Source: Octopus vulgaris (lineage: Eukaryota). Taken from it: 64,000 bases of DNA. The notes under the pieces were generated by a model. The model saw only the letters and a list, made by a program, of their open reading frames with translations. It ran no database searches and was not told where the DNA came from. Location: NCBI GenBank assembly GCA_951406725.2, contig OX597823.1, positions 44,330,001 through 44,394,000 on the forward strand, written 5' to 3'. The translations under genes and the position numbers were made by a program. This document shows, in pieces, positions 12,801 to 25,723 of this stretch; the first letter of the stretch is position 1; the number at the start of each line of letters is the position of its first letter.

Positions 12801-13502
12801 CTATATGATTTTTAAAACAAATATAGAAAATTGAAGACAGTTCAAGATTTACTTTTGAAAATAACATTTTAATACATATACAGAGATACACTTTATACAC
12901 AGTTTTTCTGTCTTAGTTTCTTAGTAATTCTTTATATTTTAATATCAACATACAGATACATGAAGACTTAACTATAGAAGTAATTTAGTCATCAAAGAAG
13001 CACCAAATAAATGAAAACTATTTCCTACTTCAGAAACTGTTGTTATAACACACGCCTTTAATGCAAAAAAAAAAAATCTGAACTTTTAAAATAGCCAACC
13101 AGAGCAGCATGAACAACTGCAGATCTATGCATGGGTTTGGTTTCAATCCCACTGTGTGGCACCATGGACTTCTACTAATAGGAGATACTTGCCCTAGGTC
13201 AACCAAAGCCTTGTAAGTAGATTTGGTAGATGGAAACTAAAAGAAATCTGTCATGTGAGAAAGTGTGTGCATTTGTGTCTTCATGTCTTGACATTATGTG
13301 ATGGTTGTGAGTGTCATTATCATATAAGAAGTATCATTCATTATCAGTCTTCCAGTAAAAACATGAATTGAAGGTTGGTGACAGGAAGAGCATTTGGTTG
13401 TAGAAAATCTGCTTCAACAACTTTCACTTGACCCATGTTAAGCATGTAAAAGTGGACACAAAAACTGTGATCATGATGACATATATATTGGGAACTCCTT
13501 AC

Positions 13503-13649
13503 CATGTCGCGAACCTTCTTAGTTATCATCCTGGTATCAATACCATACAAGGCTGGTACTTTGTCTTCTTTAAGCCACTGGGAGAGTGATTTGACTGAAT
13601 TCCAGTGGCTGTGTTGGTGGGAATAATCTTGTACAATCAAACCAGAAAC
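13503..13649 (-). CDS. CPS1: CPS1/CPS III coding exon 4 (147 nt)
   Basis: TAG acceptor and GTAAGG donor; [49 protein letters not shown], with the GIDTR motif. Overlaps ORF 13344..13640. Confidence 0.97.
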
Positions 13650-14792
13650 CTACAAAAAAAAAAATTCATAATATAGTTGGTTCTGCTGAACTTAATGCCA
13701 GATAAATGCATGATTCAGTTAAATGCATAAGATTTCAAAATACTGAAGCATTTTACATCAAATTGATTTAAAAATTCACCAGTAAATTGCATATACAAAA
13801 ATGTTAATTTAAGTTAAATGCATAAGATTTTTCTCGAATTTGACAAAAAACAATTGGTAGAAACGGAATATAAAACTAAACATTTGATTTCATTTGATAA
13901 GAATAAAATGATTCTAGAAGCTTCCATTTCTATGACGCATTAGTCAGTACTACATCATCATCATCATCGTTTAACGTCCGTTCTCCATGCTAGCATGGGT
14001 TGGACGGTTCAACCGGGGATCTGGGAAGACAGAACGCTGCACCAGGCTCCAGTCTTATCTGGCAATGTTTCTACAGCTGGATGCCCTTCCTAATGCCAAC
14101 CACTCCGTGAGTGTAGTGGGTGCTTTTTACGTGCCAAAATAACCAATACCAATAGAACCAAATATATTTAGTTATTACCATTTCAATGAATTAAAGACTA
14201 TCAAAATTCATATTCCAATGGAATATCATATTTTAATTGTAGAATAAAGTATGTTAATAAACAAATCCCTAGTGCAGACAAAATCTGTAAAAAGATAGTT
14301 TTGAATTGATCAGTAAATATACATCATTTCATTGTTTCCATTATTGACTCCAATTTTATCTTATCCTACTTGGAAAGATTTGGTTGAATTATTACATGGT
14401 GTCAGAGCATTCACCATACAAAATATGTAATCTGGAGATTTTTAAAAGTGAGTGGAAAGAGGAAGTTATAAGTTCATGTCCTTCTTAAGGACATTTTCTT
14501 AAGTGAAATGGTTCCAGTTGATTGCAGATACAAGTTGCAGTGAATAACACAGAAATATATATATTTTTTTTTACATGTACTAAAAACACTATTTAGCAAG
14601 AGAAAAAAAATAGAACAAAACCGACATTCCATAGGCCACAAACTCAACACATTAGAAATTTATATCATACGCCCAGTATATCAGAAACTAAGATCACAAA
14701 TACAGCAACCCAAAAACTTAATCCAGTGGTACCACAGTGTGACTTCATCATCTGAATACTAAATCCTAACAGATGAAGGAAATATAACTAAC

Positions 14793-14937
14793 ATGGATGC
14801 GATCAGATTCAACATTCAACATTAGTCCATTCTCATCCTTAATATTGGTGTCTGGGACTCCGTAATTGCCGACGATTGGATATGTCAATGTCAATATTTG
14901 TCCTCGATAACTTGGGTCTGTAAGGGCTTCAGGATAT
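14793..14937 (-). CDS. CPS1: CPS1/CPS III coding exon 3 (145 nt)
   Basis: CAG acceptor and GTTAGT donor; (G)[48 protein letters not shown], with the TDPSY and GNYG motifs. Confidence 0.97.
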
Positions 14938-15544
14938 CTGGAACAAATTGAAATGAGAGAAAGTGAGTGAGAGAGAGGGAGAATAAAAAAAATATGTAAT
15001 AAATAAAAGGAAAAGAAAAAAGTAAAAACAGTTAGTAGTAGTAATTTATTTTGTTGTTATGCCACTCCAGTTGTTGCTGACCGGGGCTGCATAATAATAA
15101 TATTTAAAAGAATATTTAAAAGAAATTTAAAATGTTTGATTCTTATAGTGACAAACTATTGCAAATCTAAAAATTCTACCCCAGTCTCCTGTAAAAACTT
15201 GGCACTTTTCAAAAAAAGGGGGTAAAAAGAAGCTCAGCATAACTAGCTGAGGCAAAAGAGTGTAGTAGTTTCTCATTTGTAGCTAAAATAGTTGAATGAT
15301 ATAATCTTGCAAGAAGTGTTATAGAGTAATCTTCCTTTAGTAAGTTTCTTGGAAGATATTTCATGAAAAGTAATTCTTAATTATTCAAGAAGCTTCACGT
15401 TTCTTTTGGCAGTTTCTAGAATGTCTAGCATGTCTAGAATATCTTTGCTTCTTTGTCGATTAGACTCAGAGCCATTCACGTCATTGCCATGTCTATCTAT
15501 TTCTCTATGCCACATTACTAAAAACCATTATTTAGCTGTTGTTT

Positions 15545-15830
15545 ATATAATATAATGAAATTATTGTATGCAGTGCTCAGGTGCACCACAACTTGTCAAA
15601 AAGTGCGTATAAAGTATATGCAGTAATGTACAAATGTCTGGAAAGCAAACAGTGTATGAGTCAGATACATGCTTGCATGTGTATGGAGGGGAGAAAATCA
15701 GGTGTAGTGTTGGCGAATCTCAGGAAGCATTGAAGTTTTGAAGGATGCAGTGCTCTGACAACTAACAACTGATGCCGGCAGTCTGTTCCATGCTTCAGCA
15801 ACTCTTAGCGTGGTTCCATGCTTCAGCAAC
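15545..15830 (-). mobile_element. 3' end of a CR1/L2-like LINE
   Basis: LRVAEAWNRLPASVVSCQSTASFKTSMLPEIRQHYT* followed by a 3' UTR. Confidence 0.65.
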
Positions 15831-16523
15831 TCTCAATTAATTTCCACATTTTGATTATGTTTCATTGACAACCAGTGGATAAAATATATTTTATGTAATA
15901 AATATAGAGTTCCTAAATTTATTCTTCTTCTCTGTAAGAATTCTTCTAAAAAGATACATGCAGCATTTATAAACATATATATATACACTACAAGAGTATC
16001 AGCTAACCAGTCAAATCTGACAAGATTTGAACTCACACAACATACAAAGACATAACTAAAATACTGCAAGATATTTTTTTTTTTGTGTGCTGAAATTTAT
16101 CTCAATTCACTTATCCTATTAGACAGTGTTTCTAATGATTACAGCAGTATATTTTACATTGCCATAGCATTTAAAAATAAATGCACATATCCCTCATATC
16201 ATATGTAGTCTTAAAAGCTGAAAAGACACACAGTATATTCTAGTTTCTAGATGTTTTGAAGAGGTGTTGTTGCATTGATGATCATAAAATCACAATAATA
16301 CTTGAGGCACAGTGCAGTGCTGTTATGATACAAGACACACTAATAATATGTCAGTAAGTGTATATCTTACTGGAAGTCAACATATTGCTGTGTTTCTGAT
16401 GAATCACACAATTGCTTTAACAATAGATAAAATACCGGGTTCCAGTTTTACTTCACCCTAGTTTTTCATAGTTGGAAGGGACACTCAGATAAATTCATGG
16501 GAAAAAAAGACAAGAAAACTTAC

Positions 16524-16633
16524 CCCACAAGACCTGTATTGAATACAACTTCTCCACTGCTAGAACTTTCATGACCAAATGAATATCCTTGGAAATAGCT
16601 TCCATCTTGCAACACAAGATGAGCTTTACGTGG
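16524..16633 (-). CDS. CPS1: CPS1/CPS III coding exon 2 (110 nt)
   Basis: TAG acceptor and GTAAGT donor; translates [37 protein letters not shown], with the GEVVFNTG motif of the CPS small-subunit N-terminal domain. Confidence 0.96.
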
Positions 16634-17179
16634 CTACAAAGGAAATGTTTGTTATAATTACTAAAACTTACTGAAAAAAAAAATCTTTTGGGTTTTTCTG
16701 TAACCATGTAACAAATGGCATAAAGAAACAGTCACAACAAAATGTCTACCTATTACAGAAAGAAAATAAAGTGTGTGTGTGTGCCAGCATGGAAAGTGGG
16801 CGTTAAAAGATGATCACACACACACACACACAGATATTTATATATATATAGTGATTTTGTTTTCTCAAAGAAGACGTGGTATCCATGACATGTGCAGGTC
16901 TACAAGACTGGTGAGAATCAATGCCCAGCTTGCATTCCTGTAGGATCATACAAATAGGAAAAAATGTGTCTAGAGAATGAATTTGAGCCAAATGTTTAAT
17001 TCAGTATTTGGTGGATGAGATACATTAAGAGGGGAAAGAATGGGGGCAGATATTAGTTCATGTTAATACATGATGAAAGCAATCACCTGTAAGGTTAACT
17101 GCTTAAATCTAATATATAATGTTTAAAATGGTATAATGAGAATTGGATGATTAAGATGATCAAGGTATTCCAATTGTGC

Positions 17180-19535
17180 AACAAGGTACTTATGCTTAGA
17201 CTAATTTTGTGAAGTAGAACAACTATTATTTCAACCTATGTTCCTCAACCAGGACTACCAGATGAACAACAAGACTGATTTTTATGATGCCATTTTGCAG
17301 ACAACTTTGATGACATATGACAGAAACCTTATATTCATGGTTGATGACTTCAATGGGTATGTTGGGCCGAATCCAGGTGGCTTCCAAAGTGTGTGTGGAG
17401 GCTAGGGAGTTGGTTCCTGTAATGAGGAGGGAACAAGGCTATTAAAGCTTTGTGATGAAAATGACCTAATGATTTGCAATACTAACTTCAGAAAACCAAC
17501 CAGTCACCTGATCTCCTATCTATCTAGTGGCTACACAGCCAGATTGACTACATTCTCACTAGAAAACAGGATGGATGGATGGTTACTCATAAAGACCATC
17601 CCTTGAGAAGAATGTATTCTTCAATATAGTTTAGTCATTAGCAAATTCAGACTGTGGGTTAAAAGAACTCCAAGAAGCAAACCAATCTGGAAAAGAAAAA
17701 TTTGAAAGCTTAAGGGTCTAAGGGTCCTTTGAATAGCCAGAGATTTAGAGATGTTCTAATTGAAGCATTTGATGAGAAGTGGGAGGAGTTACAGATTTGT
17801 AACAGAGAAAAACTGGAAGTTCCAACAAGATACCTTACTGAGGGCTACAGGCCAAATTTGTGGTAGGTACAAAGGCCCAACCAGACCTAGGGTGACATGG
17901 AGGTATAACAATGAAGCAGAGAGGGCCATAAAAGCAAAGAAACAAACCCGGAGGGTCTGGAAGAGAGGAGACAGCAAAGAACTATGTCAGAAGAGAAGCC
18001 AGCAAAGTTATATTTAGCTAAGGGAGAAACAGAATGGAAAAAGTTTGCTAATATTCTGTGGCACGAAGTCAAGAGGTTTGTGGTGTTCTGAATTGCAAAA
18101 TAGTGGGTTCAGAGAAAGCTGTGATGCTGTGTGTTCGGATGGATGATGGTATACTTGCATTTAGTGATTTTGTAAAGAAATGCCACTGCGAAAGGCTGCC
18201 AAATGTAGAGAATACATAGGAAAAGGAGTCTTCCTAATGTGAACCCAACAGAGAGATCACCTATCTGAGCTGACAGCTGCTTCGTAGACAAAGCAATTAG
18301 GGATATGAAGATAAGGAAAGCCCCTGGCCCATCAGGAATTACTGCTGAAATACTTAAAATACCTGATGGAGTGAGATATGCCCTAGTCACCTGTGTAAAT
18401 AATCTGATTGTCCAGGAAGGTGTCATGCCCAATGAGAGGTATAGCAACATTATTGTCAAATTCTACAAATGTGAAGGTGATACCTTAGTCATAAATAATT
18501 ACAGAGGTGTCATATTGCTGAACCAGGACGTGAAAGTTCTAGAAAGGGTCAAAGTTCAACTAATTAGGAAGTGAGTTAACCTAGATGAGATGTATGATTG
18601 ATTTTCTGCCAGGAAGAAGCACTACTGATGTTATCTTCCTGATTTTATCTTCCTGTATCTAAATGAAAAAGAAGCATTTTAGCCAAAAATAAAACTTCAT
18701 ACTTGGTATTTGTTGATAAGGAGAAAGCCTTTGACCCTCACTCACTTGTCTAGTGGTTGATGTAGAAGCTAGGAGGTAGATCAGTGGCTGGTGGTGAATA
18801 TCAGCAATGAGTACAGCAATGAAATTAGTGTGCACTAATTCACCAAGGATTGATTCCCAGATCTATCTTGTTTACCATAGTATTCCAGGCCATAACAGAG
18901 GAATTTAAAACTGGCTGCCCATGAAAACTCCTCTACCAATGACCTTGATCTTATAGCTGAATCTCAAGAAGAATTAGAGAAGAAATTTCAAGTGTGGAAA
19001 CAAGTATCAGAATCAAAGGGCCTTAGACTTAATTTAGCAATGACCAAAATACTAGATAACAGAAAAGCAGACAAATTACTAATTTCTTCAGGAAAATGGC
19101 CCAGTTCAATATGTAGAAAAGGTGCAGGTAGAAATTCCATATGATGTACCCAGTGCAAGCTATGGTCACATAAGAGGTGGAGTAAAATTACAGGAAGGTT
19201 AACAGAAAAAGTAGTCTTGGTGTGTTGCAGATGTGTAGATATAATAATCATTAAGAATACACAGGAAATAGATTTCCTCAAATGCCTAAGGAGATCCTTG
19301 GATGTAGTAAATGGTTTCTGTTACCTAGGTGACCAAATAAGTAGAGGAGGAGGATACTCTGAAAGCCTAGTTGCTAGAATAAGAACTGACTGGACAAAGT
19401 TCAGAGTGCTGTTACTTTTGTTAGAAACAAAAGGCTTCTCCCTTAAAGTGAAATGCAGATAGCATGATGCCTGTGTACAAATGGCTATGTTACATAGCAG
19501 TAAAACATGGGATGTGATGGAGAGGATATGCATGA
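17180..19535 (+). mobile_element. Decayed RTE-clade LINE in the CPS intron, antisense to the gene
   Basis: APE endonuclease remnants (IISTYVPQPGL, DDFNGYVG, MICNTNFRK, QIDYIL) and RT remnants (KAPGPSGITAEILK, NNYRGVILL, PGRSTTD, EKAFD, DLDLIAES, FCYLGD); many stops and frameshifts. Confidence 0.9.
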
Positions 19536-20179
19536 ATGTCACACAGTTACATTTTCCTTCCCCAATAAATATGAGCTCAAGGGCTTATAAAATACTTTTT
19601 TTTTTTCCTTTTCTTGTCTGGTAGTTGTTGGGTGTCACAATTGACTACTGAAGTATTTGTGAGATTGTGGATAATACTGATATTTGATATGTTAACCCCT
19701 AATAAAAGACACTATTGATAATAGCAGGAGAGATAAGCTAGAGATATTTATTAAGTGCAAATTTAATATTCAGTACATTGACATTTTCAGTAAAGGTAAT
19801 TTGGAAAAAGCTAGTAACAAGAGGCAAGTAAGGCAATTAATACTGTTAGTGTTGCATATATTTCTGAATCAGGTGAGAAAGATAGTGCTCAAGAGAGCTG
19901 CTGAGATGGTTTTTTTTTCTGTGTTTTCTTTGTAAGTAACTCAAAGGCGGTGGGGTGCAGTAACTATGACATTTGCAAGTTCTCCCAGAGCGCTGAAATT
20001 GATACAGTTGATGTACCCTTTAAACATCTGTAGTTCAATGTCAGCAGAAAAAAATGCAGGTGAGGAAGGAAACACAGAAAGTGGCATTTCTGGGGAAGAA
20101 GGAATGAGCAAAGTGTTTGTGCATAGTTTGGCAAGGTTGGTTGCAAGATCTTTGTGATTTGAAGTTAAGTACAATGATA

Positions 20180-20650
20180 AGCAAAGTCGACCTCAGCGGA
20201 ATTGAGCTCAGAACATAATGGCAGACAAAGTACCTGTTTCTTTATTAACCACAAGGGGCTAAACATAGAGGGGACAAACAAGGGCAGACAAACGGATCAA
20301 GTCAATTATATCAACCCCAGTGCGTAACTGGTACTTATTTAATTGACTCCAAAAGGATGAAAGGCAAAGTTGACCTCGGCGGAATTTGAACTCAGAACGT
20401 AACGGCAGACAAAATACCTATTTCTTTACTACCCACTAGGGGCTTAACACAGAGAGGACAAACAAGGACAGACAAATGGATTAAGTCAATTATATTGACC
20501 CCAGTGAATAACTGGTACTTATTTAATTGACCCCGAAAGGATGAAAGGCAAAGTCAACCTTGGCAGAATTTGAACTCAGAACGTAACGGCAGACAAAATA
20601 CCACAAAGTATTTCACCCAGCGTGCTAATGATTCTGCCAGATTGCCACCC
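20180..20650 (-). mobile_element. tRNA-derived SINE (family B) with tandemly repeated ~180-nt body
   Basis: Head GGGTGGCAATCTGGCAGAATCATTAGCAC, B box GAGTTCAAATTC, body repeated about 2.3 times. Other copies at ~5995-6220(-), 6945-7150(-), 7180-7370(-), 12160-12380(+), 36895-37032(+), 59715-60030(+) and 60045-60256(-). Confidence 0.85.
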
Positions 20651-21014
20651 TAAGAGCACAATATGTTATTCTTTCAACCATCTTTCAGTAAGTTTGGTGA
20701 AGCCTGTACATCATTGATAAAATCTAAGAAGACACTAAAACATATCTGGAGCTGTCTTTCATACTTGCCAGACTAGTTAAGGTAATATTGGTCATTGACT
20801 AATAATGTCTTTTCCTTGCCACATAATTATTTCTAACCTTACTGCATTAAGTATGGTAACACTAATTTGACTATGCTATTAGTTAGTCTGCCTGTATTAT
20901 AATTACTGTGCTGCTGTTTGCGACGGAAAGACAAAAACTAACAGTTATAAAAATATTTGCTCTGACAACCCTGAACAAAACTGAAAAGGCATAAGTAAAC
21001 TAATATAGAATACA

Positions 21015-21430
21015 GGCGCAGGAGTGGCTGTGTGGTAAGTAGCTTGTTTACCAACCACATGGTTCTGGGTTCAGTCCCACTGCGTGGCACCTTGGGCAAG
21101 TGTCTTCTACTATAGCCTCGGGCCGACCAAAGCCTTGTGAGTGGATTTGGTAGACGGAAACTGAAAGAAGCCCGTCGTATATATGTATATATATGTATGT
21201 ATGTGTATGTGTGTGTGTTTGTGCGTCTGTCCCCCTAGCACTGCTTGACAATCGATGCTGGTGTGTTTATGTCCCCGTCACTTAGCGGTTCGGCAAAAGA
21301 GACCGATAGAATAAGTACTGGGCTTACAAAGAATATGTCCCGGGGTCGAGTTGCTCGATTAAAGGCGGTGCTCCAGCATGGCCGCAGTCAAATGACTGAA
21401 ACAAGTAAAAGAGTAAAGAGTAAAAGAGTA
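21015..21430 (+). mobile_element. tRNA-derived SINE (family A), near full length
   Basis: A box TGGCTGTGTGG, B box GGTTCAGTCCC, CORE-like CCTTGGGCAAGT, (AAAGAGT)n tail. Related pieces at ~9650-10020(-), 13105-13460(+), 13955-14135(-), 22165-22340(-), 25795-26010(-), 27973-28190(-), 29960-30270(+) and 46470-46660(-). Confidence 0.85.
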
Positions 21431-23313
21431 TAGAAATATAGAATTTTAGAGTTTAATTCATACACTTTCATTGAAATATAAGCCACCACTATGTTGTAAA
21501 AAGGAAAATAAAATTCCATATTTTGGGAAAAAAATTTAATGTATCATTAAAACTTATTTGACAAATGCTGAAACAAGGCTTAAAATCTTCATATTAAATT
21601 TGTCATTGAAATATTGAATGCATTCCTTTATCTTTCTTCAGAATAGTGATGCTTTCATAACTTTTAGAAAAAAATCACAACAAAATGAAAAAAAACCCCA
21701 ACATTTTAATAAGAAAGAATAAAATAAATATTTAACTAACATTATAATACTAGGTAACTACAAATCCATGGCTACTAAGCTAACTATAACCAATGTAGCT
21801 TGATGAAAGGTAGGGTATATAATTAATCTTAATCAATCTGCTATCTGAAAAACAAATACCATCTTTACTTCATAGATGTGGTTGAACTGGAAAGGAAAAC
21901 ATCGGGAAGAAAACCATGATCTAACTTACTGTGACTGTTTGACCTGTAAAAAAGTAACAAAATCTCTCTCAAATCATGCTGTCTTAAAAAGACAAAGACA
22001 ATTTGAAAGGAAAAGACAACCTTGCCATGGCTGGAATGCTTTTAATTAAAAGGTTAGTGTTGATCTGGAATGAACCAACAACAAACTTTTTACAACCAAC
22101 GTGGCATGCACCATAACATTACATTATTGGTTAATTCGTTGTTTTTCATTGTTTTTCTTCTTCTTTTTTTTACTTTCACTTCTTTCAGTAATTGAACTAC
22201 AGCCATGCTAGGGCAACACCTCGAAAGGTTTTAGTTGAACAAATCAACTCCAGTACTGGTCTCTTTTGCTTAATTACAGGAACGTAAACAAACCAACACT
22301 GATTGGTAAATAGTGTGTGTGTGTTGGGGGAGACCAACATACATGCACACGCAGGACAGTGTAAAGAAAGAAAAAATAAAATAAAACAGACCAAAACAAA
22401 AAACAAGATGTCTTTCTCTTGAGAGCTGAGAGATATAATGTAGGAAGAGGCATTCAAGCCACTAAGTCTAAACTAATGGAGCCTAATGTACTAGACTTCT
22501 GGGTTAAATCCAAATGTTTGATTTACTGCCACCATACCACAAGTCTACTCAAACATAGTTGGTTGTCTCTGCTTAAGGATAACAAAACTGGTATCATATT
22601 TATTGTGTTGCATCACCTTAAGCAAACATGATGAATGAATGGAAATAAAAAATCTTACACAGAAACATGATTAATACAAGTGAACAGAATGAAAAGATTC
22701 ATAACTTCTAAAAGTTATAAATTGTTTTACTCCTTTCAGTTTTGGAAGCCTCAGCAAAATTCATGTATTTATGAAGCCTTCAAATGCAGCATTGCCATTG
22801 CTATGATGTCACATCTCATCATGGTGAGTTACATTTCACTAAAATAACTTAACAAGTAGCTTCCAGTTTGTGATGATTTGATTTGGCTGCATAACTTCTT
22901 AAATAAACTTACATATGCCCTCTTCTAGCCCAAGGAAATTGCATGGCAGTATCATGTTTGAGGTTGGTATTTCCTTACAGGAAACATACTACTTCCACTT
23001 TGAAGACACATATACACACATAAACACTGGTGTGCATGCATGTGCACACATATGTACACACATGGGATCCTTTACAAAGCTCACTTGACCTAGAAGAAAT
23101 GGTAGATAAGTCCCCTGCACCTTTCACTCTCCTATCTTGAAACAGAGTTGGAATTCACTGGATAATATAGTCTTTGACAAATCACAATGCCTCTGACTAT
23201 GAATCTGCTCAATTAGAGTAATTCTGGGATTAAATAACAACTAAACACACACACACACAAAGAAGCAGCTAATAACATAATAACACATAATGAAAGTGAA
23301 ATTTTACACTTAC

Positions 23314-23436
23314 TCGTGCAATTCTAGAGGGAATGTCACAGGTTACAGATACATGGCGATAATTGCTGCAAATTAATTTTAGATTGTGTTTGAGTAAGTT
23401 CTTGCCATGAAATTGCAAAGCTTGGTAGATCGTCAT
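23314..23436 (-). CDS. CPS1: Carbamoyl-phosphate synthetase (CPS1/CPS III), coding exon 1: probable mitochondrial presequence
   Basis: ATG at 23436 opens 41 codons, MTIYQALQFHGKNLLKHNLKLICSNYRHVSVTCDIPSRIAR, ending at a GTAAGT donor in phase 0 that joins exon 2. The peptide is basic with one acidic residue and close in length to the vertebrate CPS1 first exon. AG acceptors just upstream (exon start 23470 or 23461) imply a further 5' UTR exon. Confidence 0.75.
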
Positions 23437-25115
23437 GATTCAAATCAGATATTCTTCCCTTCTGAAATACCTGAAATTTAGAGAATAGGTCAACTATTAA
23501 GAGAGGAAAGAAGAAACATACACAAAAGAATAAACTTAACAGCCAGATAGCTCTTTGATTATACATGGATTCTCATAAATTTAAGTTTACTGAGTAGGTA
23601 AGGTATTTGACTAACAGCTCATGTATAACAAGTTTAAATTTATTGCTGGTATTTTCTTGGTACTTTTGGCCTGAATTCTATTCTAACATTATTAATTTAC
23701 TAGGTCTTTACTCGTTGCTCCGCTGCCAGTAAAAATATTTGTTAAACATGCATGTACTTTCGTTTAATAGTAGACTTTTTTAAATGGGAAAAGTCTGGTT
23801 TGTTACTATGGTGACAATACTCTACCTATCTCTCTATCTTTCAAATACACATGCACATACACTCTTTCTCTTTCTCTCTCACTGAATTTCTCTCTCAACA
23901 ACATCAACCTGTCATTATAATGAAAGTTTTTTCTTGAAAGACTGTGCTACCGTTATCTCTATGTTGAAAGACATACAGAAGCACACAAATGCATGCATGC
24001 ACACACACACACAAACAATAAAAAAAATAACTACCTATATTGTTATATAATAAGTCTTTTTTTTTTTAAGCTGTTTGCATTGTATTGTTTCTATATTGAA
24101 AGACATACAAAAATACACACACACAGAACCAAAAAAAAAACCCTATAGTTGTGCTAACAGACTTAAAATTTCACATTTTTAATCAAAACTTGTTAGTTAC
24201 TATGGTGACAAAACTGTCTAACTATCTTTCACACTCTCTCTCTCTCTCCCTGTCTATCTGTCTCTCTCTCTCTATATGTACATATATATCTCAGCAACAT
24301 TTTCTCCTCCCGTTCTAAAATTTGTTGTAATGTATGTTTTGATTCCTTCCCTTCTTTCCCTCCTTCTAATAGATATTATGATGAACAGACAAATTTATAA
24401 ACAATTTATAAGGGCAAAAGAAAAAAATTTCTAATGCCAAAATATGCCGAAAATAGACAACGCCAATGACCATGTAATTTATCACTACAAGCACGCGTTT
24501 CAAAGAAAGCCGACAGAAATTTCTAAAAAATCCCATTATTACCATATCAGACCCGATTTTAGAGTTAGTTCATAAGAACCATTGAACTAACTCTGAAATA
24601 TATACCTTTAAAGGTATTTTTTAATATGCTGGCCATTGATAAAATTTTTGTTCGAAAAATTTTATCCTACATTAGATGTATATATATACACATACATATA
24701 TGTATATATATATATATATATATATCTCTTATTATAATCTCTTATTATAAAAGGCAGATTTTATCTGCCTCCCTTTGGGAGTTATACAAATCTACAATAT
24801 AGGATTTCTTCAATTACAATTTACCTAGCAATTTTAAGAGTACAATGCATCGCGTCATGCCAGGTCCAGTTTTTAAAATTTAAACTCCAATTAAGCAAAA
24901 TTTACAGAAAACTCACATTCTGGTGTGTGTGTCAAATGCTTTTCTTAGTCTGGTTTACACCACACGCAAACGCACACACACAGTGGGCAGCGAATAAAAT
25001 GAAAGTAATTTACTTACTGTAGTGAGTGATTCTTTCACTCTGCCTCCCACTTCCTCTGTCAACACAGACACGCAAATATATAAATAAAATTGTAAGCTAA
25101 CGTGCGTGTGTGTGA

Positions 25116-25150
<35 letters not shown>

Positions 25151-25244
25151 TGTGAGGGTGCGCGCGTGTGTGTGTGTGTGTGTGTGCGCGTGTGCGTGAG
25201 TGTGTGACAGGAAAGTATTTTACGACGAATATAAGTAGCAGAAA

Positions 25245-25723
25245 GATAAGACAGTAAGGTGTGATTTGAGGGAGATTTGGCTGCTATTTCTACCATGTCT
25301 AGCTGCCATGTAGGGGTCTCCCTCATAGGCTCATACATACATATATACATAGATAAGACAGTAAGGTGTGATTTGGGGGAAATTTGGCTGCTATTTCTAC
25401 CAGGTCTAGCTGCCATGTAGGGGTCTCCCTCATAGGCTCATACATACATATATACATAGATGAGACAGTAATGTGTGATTTGGGGGAAATTTGGCTGCTA
25501 TTTCTACCATGTCTAGCTGCAATGTAGGGGTCTCCCTCATAGGCTCATACATACATATATACATAGATAAGACAGTAAGGTGTGATTTGGGGGAAATTTG
25601 GCTGCTATTTCTACCAGGTCTAGCTACCATGTAGAGGTCCTCCTCATTGGCTCATATATATATACATACATAAGACAGTAAGGTGTGATTTGAGGGACAT
25701 TTGGCTGCTGTTTCTACCAGGTC
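25245..25723 (+). repeat. 107-bp minisatellite, about 4.5 units (about 2.5 units at 27637-27902)
   Basis: Unit GATAAGACAGTAAGGTGTGATTTG..GGCTCATACATACATATATACATA repeated head to tail. Confidence 0.92.

Noticed and set aside
977-16633. Assignment of the CPS exons to CAD (CPS II)
   Set aside because: The presequence-like exon, the recalled CPS1 intron pattern and CPS1-like segments (YGKGNP, EPLFGI) favour CPS1/CPS III. The C-terminus lies outside the window, so this is not fully excluded.
21015-21090. A/B boxes suggesting tRNA genes (also near 43590-43657)
   Set aside because: No complete cloverleaf, and each continues into a SINE-like body and tail.
25245-25723. Regularly spaced repeats resembling a CRISPR array
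   Set aside because: Whole 107-bp units repeat with no unique spacers, there are no cas genes, and the context is eukaryotic: it is a minisatellite.
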